Assembly (NCBI RefSeq): GCF_009914755.1
Contig: NC_060944.1
DNA: 64,000 bases
Origin: the human T2T-CHM13v2.0 reference genome, Homo sapiens
Reading direction: 5' to 3' (one strand)
Shown here: piece by piece, positions 1-12,091 of the stretch
Layout: each line of letters starts with the position of its first letter
How positions within the stretch are numbered: the first letter of the stretch is position 1
The notes under the pieces: generated by a model
Database searches by the model: none
Told to the model about the DNA's origin: nothing
Seen by the model: only the letters and a program-made list of their open reading frames with translations
Position numbers and translations under genes: made by a program

Positions 1-327
1 CCAGGAAGCCTCCACAGGGGCGGTAGAATGCCAGGCTTTGCAGGAAGATTCTACCACCAGGCTGCATGGAGGGCAGCTAGCTGGGGGCCCACCCTCCCTG
101 AGCTGCACCAGGGCCGGGCCACTCACCTCCCCTGATGGTCCCCTGCAAAGACTGCAGCAGCCTCTGCCAGTTCTGATCCACCCCTCGGCGTGCAGAGATC
201 ACCTGGACTCCAGTCCAGCAAAGGTTCCTGGGTCCATTCGGGGGCAGGCAGGGGAGCCTCAGTTTGGGGTTTTTGTTTGTTTTGCCTTCTTTGCTTTTTG
301 CTTTTGTTTGTTTTTCTTCAAGTTCTG

Positions 328-520
328 CTTTTTAACTTTTTATTTTGAAATATGTAATCATGATTCATGGAGAGTTGTAAGGATAGCACAGGGGTCCCAA
401 GCACCCTCTCCCAGGAAAGGGGCACGAGGAAGCTAGTGAGGGGATGCGCGTGTGTGTCTGACTCTGCCGTTTATCACACGGGTGTATCTGTTTAACCGTT
501 CTTAGGCTGCATAGCCGCTC
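328..520 (-). mobile_element. Old L1M (L1MC/ME-like) 3' end fragment
   Basis: 'tttttattttgaaatatgtaatcatgattcatggagagttgtaaggatagcacaggggtcccaagcaccctctccca' resembles the reverse complement of the ancient L1 3' terminus; preceded by a T-rich tail. Confidence 0.55.
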
Positions 521-943
521 CCACGACCAGAGAGACCTCCCCTACCCGCAGCCCTGAGGCTGAATCTGGGTGCTCAGTGCCCACCCTGGATCTCCTCTGA
601 GGGTATCTGTGAAGCTGAACATCCCAGTGTGAACGTTGGAGGTGCCCTTAAGAACTGCCTTGGTTACCTGCTTTTACCTGAAGCTGCAGCTCTTTCTCAC
701 CCCTGTGTCTCAGCTCTTGGCAGTAACTCCAAGAAGCTGTCCTGTCACTGCCCTATGTCAGCTTTTCTGTGAATTTCACCTTCCTTTTTTTCTCTTTTAT
801 TTTTTATTTTTACTTCTACGTACTTTCTTCATGTCATGCTCCCATTCTCCCTTAACAAGCATCTAAACCATATAAAATATTAGCTTTGTTCTCTTCTAGC
901 ATAAAGCATCTGTGACATGGTAAGAAAAATGACATGAAAATAT

Positions 944-1253
944 GGCTGGGTGTGGTGGCTCATGCCTGTAATCCCAGCGCTTTGGGAGGCGGAGGCGGGC
1001 GGATCACCTGAGGTCAGGAGTTCGAGACCAGCTTGGCCAACATGGTGAAACCCCATCTCTACTAAAAATCCAAAAATTAGCCGGACATGGTGGTGGGTGC
1101 CTGAAAGCCCAGCTATTCGGGAGGCTGAGGCAGGAGAATCGCTGGAAGGAGCCCAGAACCAGGAGGCGGAGGCTGCAGTGAGCCGAGATCGTGCCACTGC
1201 ACTCCAGCCTGGGCAACAAGAATAAAACTCCGTCTAAAAAAAAAAAAAAAAAA
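944..1253 (+). mobile_element. AluS (Sq/Sx-like), full length
   Basis: ggctgggtgtggtggctcatgcctgtaatcccagc...ggatcacctgaggtcaggagttcgagaccagc...ctactaaaaat linker...gcaacaagaataaaactccgtct plus A-tail; extra ~10 nt in the right arm. Confidence 0.95.
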
Positions 1254-2099
1254 TGAAGAGAGGAGAGGAGAAGAGTCGGGGAGTGAGATCACAGACATGA
1301 GGCTAATTAGGAAGTTGAAAGACAGCCAAAAATCTGAAAAAGAACAGCATCCACTATAGACGAGTGGAAGGGGGCACACATTGTTGAGGGAAGGCCCCAC
1401 ATATAAGGTGCTGATCTATGGATCGGCTGCCCCCTTCACACTTTCTTCCTGATCTCATGGCAGCCCTGAGTAAACACTTACCTCGATGAGTATTTCCTGC
1501 TCACCACATTGCTGAATGAATGAATCCTAAAGGAGAAATGAGATTTGTGTGGTGGCTTTCTAGGGAGAGTGTGTCCTGGCAAACGGGAACCCCTTGTGTT
1601 CTGTAGAATATCCTAATGGATTTGAATATGGCAAGGGTGTTAAAAGCATAGGAGAACTGCTGAGATATGAACAGAAGAGCAGGAAGTGTTTTGAACTCTC
1701 TGGGAGGACACTTTGGAAGGAAGTATAATGGATGGAGGAGAGCTGGGAGGGCAGCCGGGTGACATGGAGACCAACAATGGGAAGGGCCCTGGTAGTTCCC
1801 AGGGTATTGGCTGAAGAACCTGGTGAAATATAAAGATACCTGTCATTCAATTTGAGGCACAATGTGCACGTAAACCTTTCCTTTCTTCCTCTCTGCCCAC
1901 ATTGTGAGTTAAATCCTTTGAAAATGGGTTGGTTTCTGGTTTTACTTCGACATCTGGGTAGATGCAATGCAAAACAGAGGTGCTCTATGGGAGATGGATG
2001 GATGACGGATGGGTTATGGGACAGAAGCAAAGGTGACCCTGAAAACTGAAGCACCCTGAAAATTCCCCAAGATCTCAGTGAGACTTCAGATTCCGCACA

Positions 2100-2250
2100 G
2101 TGTAGGGTAGGGAATTGAAGCCAACTCAGGTTCCAGGGACCCACGGAGGCCAATAGTCACTCATGGCGTTGTGATAACGGAATGAACGACGCCATGTGGA
2201 GGGCAGCCAAGGCTGCCTAGTCATGTTCATCAAATGTCAGTCCCTGTTAT
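2100..2250 (+). mobile_element. MIR fragment (3' tail)
   Basis: 'gttgtgataacggaatgaacgacgccatgtgga...gcctagtcatgttcatcaaatgtcag' resembles the degenerate MIR 3' part. Confidence 0.4.
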
Positions 2251-4805
2251 TACTGCCGGTAGAATGAATGAACACGTGCATAAGTGAATGACAAGAGAAA
2301 GAAAGGGGCAGCACCAGCCTGTGTGCGGGATAAACGACGTCCCACAGTATCTGGCGACGGTTCTGAGGTCAGTGCAAGGTGGTGAATTGAAAATGTAGCA
2401 CAGCAGGGATGTATCATGTAGGGCCTGCCCCTATTTCAGTGGTGGTAATCTGTGCAATTATAGTCTGTGCTGTTACATACCCACCATTCATACAGGGCTT
2501 TCCAGGGCATTCTCTGCATTGGTCCTCCTTTGGAGGCGGGGGGCAAGCATCAGACTGGCAGTCACTGACTCCCTCTGCCAGCAGGGCGGCTCAGCATGGC
2601 AAGTGCCATTGAAATAATTGATTTCTTGCTTTGATTGTGTAAGATGGCTGCTCTGTCATTTCCTTGGTATGCTGGCTAATGTTCAATGCTTACAGTTCCT
2701 AACCTGAAATAAAATCATTTACGATATTAATTTCTCCACATAACCTCTTTAAGGACTTGATGAAAGCCTTGCCTAAGAGGTCATCTTGATGAGACCCGGA
2801 GTGCAACATTATTGTGGGGCAGAAGGGATACATCGCGTCAGTGCTTGCCTGCACACGGGCCCTGACTCTGCATGGTTTTAAAGAGAAAGAGGCTGTTTCC
2901 CTAACCTGGGTCTCCTCTGGCTATTTATATTCTTAACGCAGCGCAGAAGGCTCGAGCTTTGTGGGGACTCTTGGATCTGTGAACAGCGTCTTTATTTCTT
3001 GGTGGGCTTTAGGTCAGCTGGCCGATTATTTTATGTCCTTTTTATAGTGAGAATACCATTGTGAACAGAAAATTATCTGGCTATCTCACAATGAAAATGC
3101 CCATCTTTGTCATCTTGGAGCCGCTGTGTCAGATGCTGAACCCAAACCCAGCTCGGCTTCGTCATAATTGCCTTCTGTTCAGTTTTGAAGTAATTACTGT
3201 CTTATAGGAGTTCTGTTGTTTTATCTTAGTGGATAGTTCACTTGGGAGAGCTGATGGGAAAAAGAAAGCCATAGATTTGGCTTCCCCATGAAGCTCCACA
3301 GCTTCTGATGGTTAGTGGTATATTTTGATATAAAATCCCAGAGAAAATAGCAAGATCTCTCTAACTGGAGGAAGGCGTGCGCTCAAAGTCGTTGACTCTT
3401 CTTGGTCTTTGTGACATTATCAGCAGGGAAACCCAGGCCAGCCTTGCTGCCTGGTGAGACTGGAAGCCAGCTCAGAGAGCACGCACAGCAGCAACGTCAC
3501 GTGCCTCGGCGGCCTGGCTCACGGCCGATGCAGTAGCCCACACCATCCAGGGTGCATGAGGGCCCCAGCTGCAGAGATGAATGTGCACGTGCATACATGT
3601 GAATCTGACTCAGAAGACAAGCATGCAAGTAGACACATTTTCCAAGTGTAGACCAACCACCCAGCCCTGTGCTGGCTTCCTGGGCCTATGAGGGGGCTGC
3701 TGCTGTTCAGGGGGATTGGAGGAGGGTTTAGAGAAGGGGAGGAGCTATTGTCATGTGAGTGGAATACTGCCACCATGATGAGACAGGTAAAAATAAATCT
3801 GTAGGTTGGAGTCCGGGTCACACCCCTCGAGGAGGAGAGGAGGGATGCTTCGAGACGGACTGGAGATGCATCTTTAAGAGTTGGCAGGAATTTGCTGGCA
3901 GAGAATTTATAGAGCAGCCTTGAATCCATACATGATTTTCCTACTGATGGAAAATTCTGCTTTCATCACCCAGCAAACTCAGCGGAGATTAATTAAACAT
4001 GAGACACTGATTAATGTTTGAAGGGTAGCGGGAGTGTGGGCTACGCTGTTGGTCTGTCTTTGGGTGATTCTTGGTTCCGTTTCTGCTAATAACTCCTTAA
4101 TACTGCGAGTTCCAGCTCTGAGACGGGGGAAGCGAGTGGTGCCGGGCAAGGCAGCTGGGCCTGCTGTGGGAACGCCCAGCCTGCATTCTGGAGGGTGGTA
4201 GCTGGTGGCTACGTTTTCTGCACATGGCTGGGCAGGTGGGTGCCAGAGGCCCAGGTGGGTCCCTGGGACGTGCACCTCCATGTTTTCCCCAGCCCTGTGC
4301 TGCCCTCTCAGCTGCAGGCGCTGGGCAGGGTGGGGCACAGGAAGGCGGCAGGATGGAAGGGGACCCCGGAGAGGGAGAAGGCAGCCTGGCACAGGGTCTG
4401 GGGAGAGGAAAGCCTTGATGTAGCTGTGTGCCAGTGATTTGGGGGAGTTTTCAGCCCTTTCCCCATTTCATGATTGATGTCTGCTCAGAGGCTTCTAGAA
4501 GGTTGGCCCTTTTCATCCGCTCAGCACAGAGGATCCAAGGGAGCTCAGCAGGGTGGGCCACCCCTCCAGCTCCCCACAGCCCACCCCTCCAGCTCCCCAC
4601 AGCCCACCGGCCCCTTCTCTCAGTTGTTCCCACAAACCAGGCCTTCTCCTCCCAACCCCCTGCTACCCCAGAGCCCTCAAGGAATCATCAGACTTTGCCA
4701 CCTCAGTTCATTCTGGCTCAGAATACATCCCTCACCTCAGCACCCTTGGTTTAGCAGATGTTTCCAGCTGCCTAGTGGGTGTCCAGAAAGCCCTGATCCC
4801 ACCAC

Positions 4806-5110
4806 ACCTACAGCTTTGGGATCAGATGGGGCTGCCTGACCCACCGGGCACCACAGCACCCAGGACACCTACAGCTTTGGGATCAGATGGGGCTGCCTGA
4901 CCCACCAGGCTCCACAGCACCCAGGACACCTACAGCTTTGGGATCAGACGGGGCCGCCTGACCCACCGGGCACCACAGCACCCAGGACACCTACAGCTTT
5001 GGGATCAGACGGGGCCGCCTGACCCACCAGGCACCACAGCGCCCAGGACACCTACAGCTTTGGGATCAGATGGGGCTGCCTGACCCACCGGGCACCACAG
5101 CACCCAGGAC
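4806..5110. repeat. VNTR, 61-bp unit x5
   Basis: acctacagctttgggatcagatggggctgcctgacccaccgggcaccacagcacccaggac starts at 4806, 4867, 4928, 4989, 5050. Confidence 0.97.
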
Positions 5111-5642
5111 CACGTGATATTTAGCAGCCTCTGAAATGTTTTCTTTTAAAATCAGAAAGAAAAAATGAGTATGGTCTAGCCCAGGTTGTAGTCATCTTTT
5201 TACCAATATGGTCATGAATGAAATATAATTCTTAATTTTATTGTTCTAGAGGAAGGGGCCACCAAGGCAAAAGTGCCTGAGGCCCACAGAAGTCCTGGGG
5301 CACCCTGGGGTTTGGAATGGGGAACCAGCAGGTGGATGGCAGAGGGGTGTGGAATGGGGAACCAGCAGGTGGGTGGCAGAGAGGTCTACACTACAGAAGG
5401 AAGTGCTTACCAGGCTGGGCAGCAGGTGTGGGCAGGACAGAAGGCTTAAGGGGGAGGGTTGTTGAAGGTGATCAAAGATGAGAACAGAGAGGTGGCCAGA
5501 GCCAGGTTGTATCTGCAGGCGAGAACTTGGGGTTTTACTTGGAGCACAACAGGATCTGGCGGGCAGTTTGAAGCACAGGCAGACACGAACCGCATCATCC
5601 TTAAGAATCCCCCAATGAAGGCAGAAATAAAAGTCCTCTTGC

Positions 5643-6506
5643 TTTTGTTTCCTATTGTGCTGTAACAAATTACCATAAGCTGATTGCCACACAGTCCTGT
5701 AGGTCAGAAGTCTTACAGGGCTATAATCCAGGTGTCTGCAGGGCTGGTTCCTTATTGAGGCTCCAGGGGAGAAACCACTTCCTTACCTTTCCATTTCTGG
5801 AGGCTGCCTGCATTCCTCAGCTCGTAGCTCCTTCCCCCATCTCTGAAGCCAGAAAATGTATCATTTAGACCTCTGCTTCCATCCTCGCATCTCCTACTCT
5901 GATTTTCCTGCCTCCTTCTTTCCCTTTTAAGGATCCTTGTGATTACTTTTAGGACTGATTTGGATGATACAAGATGATCCCCTCATCTCAAGATCCTTAA
6001 CTCAGTCACATGTGCAAAGTCCTAGTTGCTATGTGTCTTAGTCCATTTTCAGTTGCTACAACTGAATAGCTGAGACTGGGAAATTTATAAAGAAAATGAA
6101 TGTCTTTCTTTTAGTTCTGGAGGCTGTGAAGTCCAAGACCAGGCAGATGCATCTGGCTGGCTTCAGGTCAGGGCCATGCACTGTGTCATAACATGAGAGA
6201 AAGCATCACAGGGAGGGGGGGTGTAGAGAGAGCCAGACTGGCTTTTATAACAGGCCCACTTTCGTGGTAACGACCCCACCCCTGTGATAACCTATTAGTC
6301 TGTTAATCCACGAATGGCTCTGCCCTCATGACTCAGCTACCTCTTAAAGGCCCCACCTCTCAGTACCGTTACATTGGGAACTGAGTTTCAATATGAGTCC
6401 CAGAGGGGACAAACATTGAAACCATAGCACTGTGTAAGGTCACAAATTCACAGGTTCTGGGGATTAGGGCAAGGCCACTAGGGGGACCATTATTCTGCCC
6501 ACCACA
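5643..6506 (-). mobile_element. MLT1 (D/E-like) MaLR solo LTR, interrupted by a nested MST LTR
   Basis: 'ttcctattgtgctgtaacaaattacca...gcagggctggttcctt...ggaggctgcctgcattcct' and end 'cacaggttctggggattagg...ggggaccattattctgcccaccaca'. Confidence 0.85.
6034..6429 (-). mobile_element. MST-type MaLR solo LTR nested in MLT1
   Basis: Begins tgtcttagtccatttt...gactgggaaatttataaagaaa, ends ...ggggacaaacattgaaaccatagca; flanked by 5-bp near-duplication ctatg (6029-6033) / ctgtg (6430-6434). Confidence 0.85.
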
Positions 6507-6889
6507 CCTCTGGAGAGAGGGAAACGTGTGCACTAATGCCCTGAGTGTGTCAGGGGACCAAGAGGTGCATGTCCCATCTCTCCTTCACCCGTGTGTCCCA
6601 TGTGTGTTGAAGAACACAGCATTTAGTGTAATCGGACCAGGCTTCCTCTTGAGACATCAGGACTCCACCAGCTCAGAAACTGTTTTCTGTGGCTGTCATT
6701 GGCCACGGTGGCTCTTCTTTGATCAGCAATGCTGTACACAGCCAGCTGCTGCTACACCAGATCCTCACGGTTTTCTGTTCCATGTTCTTTAACTTTGGAC
6801 CCGCCCTTTCCTTAATCCATCTGAGTTCCCCTCGTCATATGTGCTTTGGCACTGGGGCATCCCCAGTAGGCGGAGCCCCTGCTACATGA

Positions 6890-7292
6890 GTCCAGAAAAA
6901 AATAAATGATTCCAACACTAGTTAAAGAAGGCAAGGAAGACTTTCTGGGAGAATTTTGCTAGAAGGGAGTGGTAGAATTCAACTCTGAATACAGCAAAGA
7001 CAGCTGAGGGTTGACAGCCAGTGAGCAGAGTGAGGGGTCAGGGGATGGAAAATTACAGACAGGAACAGGATTGGATAGCAAGGGTGGGGATTCTTGCTAA
7101 AGGCAGGCCAAGCAGTTAGATACCAAGGGTGGGGAATGAGGAACTTGATCCAATATCAGGAGTGTGGAGGAGAGTTTCAGTGAATGAGCTGAGCTTTGCC
7201 AAAACCAGGCTTGGCAGGCCAAGGTCAAGGCTCCGTCCAGAAGAGGGCCCAGAGGAGACTGAGTGAAGTTCTTTCAAAAAGGGAGGCCACGT
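6890..7292 (-). mobile_element. ERV1 solo LTR, MER31/MER67-like
   Basis: 'aggaagacttt...aactctgaatacagcaaagacagc...ggggtcaggggatggaaaattac...ccaaggtcaaggct...agaagagggcccagaggagactga' matches the recalled reverse complement of MER31/MER67 LTRs. Confidence 0.7.
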
Positions 7293-7989
7293 CACAGGCG
7301 CGTTTTAATCATCGGAGCACTCCTGAGGGTGGAACAGGGTCAGCACCTCCTCACAGATGCACAGGGCTGCGCAGAGCCCTTCGAGGACGGGGAGCAGAGG
7401 CTCAAAGCCAAGGCCAGTGAACCCGCCTGGTGCCTTCGACAGCTCTACCATCCTGCCTTGGCCTCCCCCTGCACCCCTCAAGTCCTGGTCCCAGATACTT
7501 GCAATAAAGGAGCCACAGAGCCCCCGCTTTGAATGACGTGAGCGGGCTTTCCAGGAAGGGGAACTGCCAGGATGAGATGATTACCAGCCAGAGGAGAAGC
7601 ACAAGGTCACGGAGCGGGCTCAGGAGGGGCGGTCTCCCCAGGCCCCACCCGCTGCCTCCACAACCAGGGCAAAGCCAGGGCCAGAGGGGCTTCTTCAACA
7701 ACATCAACAATCCGTCTATGTGGTGGGGCTCTGCCCTACCGTTCCTGGCTTCGTGGAGTTCTGAAATACTTTGTGCATAGGAAGGGGCAGCCCACCGTCA
7801 GCCAGGAACAGCAGTCCACAAGCTGATGTGGAAACCCTCCTCCCCGGCCTGTCCAGCCTGCAGAAAACACATGCTGTGAGCTGGATCCAAAACAGAGAAG
7901 CATTTAGGGAGGAGTCGCTGAGTCGTGCGGCCTGAGGAAGGGACCCCGTCAGCCGACTCCAGACCAGCCTCTCAGCTTGGGCTGTGGGC

Positions 7990-8135
7990 GCCGGCTCTCT
8001 GTGTGCTCACATGGCGGGCGAGCTCCCGGGAGTCTCTTCTTACAAGGTCACTCATCACAAAGGCCCCACTCTATTGCCTCAGTTAACCTTCAATACTTCC
8101 TTGGAGGCCCCATCTCCAAATTCAAGCACACTCAA
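7990..8135 (-). mobile_element. MLT1A-like LTR fragment
   Basis: 'ctctgtgtgctcacatggc...gtctcttcttacaagg...ggccccatctccaaat'. Confidence 0.65.
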
Positions 8136-8229
8136 GTTAGTTACTAGGTTTTCAGATGCATTCTTTCCCTGTGTTGCCAACAGTTTCCATTGTTGTGTGC
8201 TTGTAACTCTTGATCCCATCTGCCTTTTG

Positions 8230-8345
8230 GAACAGTGGATAAGAGACAGCCAAGTCTAGAATTCCAGCTTTGCCCTGCATGGCTGTGCTATGTTACCTAG
8301 GGCCTGTTACTTAACCTCTCTGAGCAGCAAGTTCATAGTTAAAAA
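8230..8345 (+). mobile_element. MIR fragment
   Basis: 'aattccagctttgcc...gttacttaacctctctgagc' MIR core. Confidence 0.6.
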
Positions 8346-8354
8346 GTGATTGCC

Positions 8355-8653
8355 GGCCAGGTGCAGCTGCTCACACCTATAATCCCAGCCCTTTGGGAGG
8401 CTGAGGTGGGAGGATCACTTGAGCCCAGGAGTTTGAAACCAGCTGAGGCAACACAGTAAGACTTCATCTCTACAAAAATTTTTTTTAAAAGTTAACCAGA
8501 TATGGTGGCAACACACCTGTGGTCCCAGCTACTCAGGAGGCTGAGGCAGGAGGATAGCTTGAACCCAAAGTCAAGGATGCAGTGAGCTATGGTCACACCA
8601 CTGTACTGCAGCCTGGGTGACAGAGTACGACCCTGTCTCAAAAAAAAAAAAAA
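8355..8653 (+). mobile_element. AluJ
   Basis: 'gggaggatcacttgagcccaggagtttga' and 'ggaggatagcttgaaccc' J-type diagnostics; A-tail. Confidence 0.93.
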
Positions 8654-8699
8654 TTAACTGCTAACATTTCCTGGTGCTTCTGCAGTGCAGGGAACCATG

Positions 8700-8890
8700 C
8701 GGAGAGCTGCACACCCACTCTATTTCACCCCCCTTCAACCACCCAGAACCACAGGGTGCTGTGGTTATCACCTGCACACACTAAGGGGGAAACTGAGTCA
8801 CAGAGTGGTGAGGTAGTTTGCCCAAGATCACACAGCCTGCTGTGTGATGGAGCCATGACTCAAACCCAGGTCTTCTGACCCCAGAGTTAG
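8700..8890 (-). mobile_element. MIR fragment
   Basis: 'ggaaactgagtcacagagtggtgaggtagtttgcccaagatcacacagc...gactcaaacccaggtcttctgac'. Confidence 0.75.
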
Positions 8891-9449
8891 TCCTGCCCCC
8901 TCTTGTAAGGTGGAGGGAAAGATAGCGCCTTCCTCCTGAGGGTGGTGGATAAGAGGGCAGACAGCCAGTCTGGATTCCAGCTCTGCAGTGCACATGTCTG
9001 AGACTCACAGGCAATATTGTGTGTACAGGGCCTGGCCCAGCCCCAGCATGCAGTGAGCTCAGGAGAAATATTCTAACAGTCTGTGTGGTCACTCACAGCC
9101 CAGGTCATGGTTTCCACCAGGCTTGGAATCATACCCCTTTCAGCTCAGAGGACCGAGCATGCAGTGTGATTCCCGCGGTGGGAAGTCAGCTCATTAAAGA
9201 ACCCGGCACCTAGAGCAGGGGCCTCTTCACGCTGCCTGGATGTCCGTTCAGGAACTCGGCTGAAATTTAAACCTCCTGACACTCTGGTCCCCAGGCCTTC
9301 ACACACTGGGCCATCTTCCGTGAGTGTTTATTCAGCCCGCACCTGCTCAGCATCCCTGTTCAGAGCTCTGGTCAGGCATGTTCCTGCCACCTGACAGCCA
9401 CCCTTCTGAAGGGACACACACAGAGGACCAGGGCACAGTGATCACCGGC

Positions 9450-9590
9450 CGTGGGCATGGGTGTCAGACACACCTGGGCTCACCCTGGCTCTGCCATCTT
9501 CTACCTGTGTGACCCTGGGCCAGCCGTTCACCCCCTCTGGGCCTCAGCTCATTGTCAAGTAGAGAGAACGGGGTTGCTGTGGGGGATCCC
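9450..9590 (+). mobile_element. MIR fragment
   Basis: 'gtcagacacacctgggctcaccctggctctgcc...ctgtgtgaccctgggcc...ctctgggcctcag'. Confidence 0.6.
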
Positions 9591-10532
9591 TGGGGGGACG
9601 AAGGTAAAGAGGGGCCGTGCCTTGGGGCTCTGAGCAGCTTCTGCTCTCACTCCTGCAGGCAGGTGAGGGCTACAGACACAGATCAGGCCTCGGCGCCCCG
9701 GCTGCTCGCCTGCCTCCCTGAGTCCCAGACACATCAGCCTCCAGTTCATTAAGGCCAAGAGCACTAAAAATTCTGCAGAAACACTTCAAGGAAGGGCTAT
9801 GAATTAAATAACCACAGGAAAGCTTTTGCTAAGGAGTTAAGGCTAAATCCAGCCTTAAACATTTGATTAGAACATTTTCTGATTCCAGTGTACTGGAATA
9901 CTGAACTTCCACATTGGCTCAAAACTGCAAGTGTGGTTAAAACACACTGTCTGTGATTCGGGAAGACTGGGAAAGTGAAGGCTCCAGGGAGTGGGCTCTC
10001 GAGCGTTTGCCTAGTGAGTTCACTTCAGCCATTCTTGTTGTTCTTGACAATTATGCAAAATTGAGCACAGGATGCTTGGAGGGAGAGAGGGTGACACCCA
10101 CCCAGCCTGTCCTCTCCATCCACACGAATGTTTAGGGAAGGAGATGCCTCATCCAGCCAGTATAGCGCCAGGCACGTGTTCCCAAGCAGGTTCCCTTGGG
10201 TTCCCAGCAGCTCAGCCTTGGGTAGGATCAGGGTCTCATGCCCCAGGTGATTGGATCCAGAGCCACCAAAGTCCCCTTGCAGACACCCTTCCTTGCGGGT
10301 GGTACCTGGCTGTCTGCCTGGAGGCATCTCCCTCACGCTTTGCCCTAGCGCAACTTGTCCTAGCAGAAGTCCAAAAACATGATTCACATAGAATTGTAAA
10401 AAGCCAAAGGGGTGATTTGCAGAAGTAAAATGAAATTGTCAAATGCCAGAAACACATGCTTTTATGTCTTTGTATCTCAAAGTGATAGTCAAAGCATCTA
10501 ATAGGAAAAACACATCAGTATGCACACACATA

Positions 10533-10615
10533 TTCTCTCTCCCTCTCCCTCTCCCTCTCCCTCTCCCTCTCCCTCTCCCTCCCTCCCCCTCCCTCCCCCT
10601 CTCCTCTCTCTCCTC
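10533..10615. repeat. (CCCTCT)n / CT-rich simple repeat
   Basis: Run of ctctcc hexamers decaying into a C/T tract. Confidence 0.9.
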
Positions 10616-11714
10616 ACAAGGTGTCAAGGGGCTTTAGGTACATGGGTGGGGAAGATCTTCCCCACCAGGCTGATCCCCATCTGGGAGGCTACTGCTGGTT
10701 TTCCAAATGTGGAGAAGAGCCAGGCTGGTGTTCTGTGTCTGTGGGGTGCTTGCTCTGTAGGTACCACGGGGAGTTGATCACAGGCCCTGACCCATCTATT
10801 GCCTCTGAATGGGTGTTTGCTTAGGACAGTACAGCAATGTGTCAGACTCGGAGGGAGAACAGCCCCCAGGGGACAGTTAAACAGCAGCCATTATCAGAAG
10901 CACAAACCGAGACTGGCAGTCTCAGGCCACACTGGTCATGAGCACACCCCTGCAGGGGCTGCGGCCTGCCGAGTGAGTGGGGGATGGACACAGGTTGGCC
11001 GGCAGGAACCCTGACTGCTGGGTGCCAGGACAGAAGAGGAGACGCTTCCCAATTAGGGGCACGACTCACTGCAGGCAGGCGTGGGCTCCAGCCACCTCTG
11101 ACTTCCCTTGCCTGCCATTGCCCTCAGAGGAGCGCAGGTGCAGAAGGCACCGGCCACACCACACCATCGATTGAGTATTGCAGGGAACAGAAAAGGAAGA
11201 TGAAGACTTGTTCAAGATGCTAATTCATTGTCTGGGTCTTTCTGATGGAATGTGGGAATAGGAGGCAGTGAGAAGGTCAGGGCTTTCAGTAGGGAGGAAG
11301 AAGGGTCAGCCCGGGTTGGAGAGGCACCCGCAGCTGGTGATTATCAGAGCCTGCTTGTGCTTGCATTATGTATAAGGACTCACTCCTCTGTGCAGACAGG
11401 ATTTCTCACTTAACCTCTGAGGGCCGGCAGTGTGATGTGGAGAAGGCACACAGACCTCAGGTCCAACCGAGCTGGAGGCACACCCGGGTCCGCAGCTCCT
11501 CACAGGGCCAGCTCTGCCGAGCCCCACTTTGTCGTCTAGACAGTATGGGGTGGGGATTTGGAAGTGAATGCTATGATGAGCTTGCTCTCGCCCATCCTTT
11601 TCCCATTTCCCATGTTGGAGAGTCTCTCATCATTCCTTTACCATCAGAACCACTGCAGGGGGTGAATGGCGAGAAGAGCTGCTGGCTGCAGGGCATAAAG
11701 GTAGCTTTTTGAGG

Positions 11715-11885
11715 CGCGCTCCCAGGGTTCATGTTGAGCCAAGTCAAACCACCACTCTGGGTCCCAGTATTTGCATGTGTTACGGGGATAGCAATGGCCA
11801 CACCTCTCCCAGCTTGATAACGAAAACCAAGTGTGTTAACATGTAAAGTGCTTAGAACAGTGTCTGGCACTGCGATTGCTGACTA
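11715..11885 (+). mobile_element. MIR fragment
   Basis: 'catgtaaagtgcttagaacagtgtctggcac' MIR 3' tail. Confidence 0.6.
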
Positions 11886-11940
11886 CAGGTTTGCAGGAAT
11901 CCTACTTTTATGGGAAGGAGTTTGTCCTGGAGTCTGTCCT

Positions 11941-12091
11941 GCAGGTGGCCCCACCTCGCAGGTGGCCATCGGGGGCCATCTGGTCAGCCCTGCTGCAGGG
12001 GACTTGCACCAACCTCCTCTCCTCCAAATTTAAGATTCTCAATTATGTTTTATCTATATTCGTTTATTTTCTAGTGATTTCATGGTTTTAG
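11941..12091 (+). repeat. Dispersed direct duplication, copy 1 (copy 2 at 14630-14782)
   Basis: gcaggtggccccacctcgcaggtggccatcgggggccatctggtcagc...ttttctagtgatttcatggttttag, about 92-93% identical to copy 2 by eye. Confidence 0.95.

Noticed and set aside
10533-10615. (CCCTCT)n as the 5' end of a second SVA
   Set aside because: No Alu-like, VNTR or SINE-R domain follows; simple repeat only.
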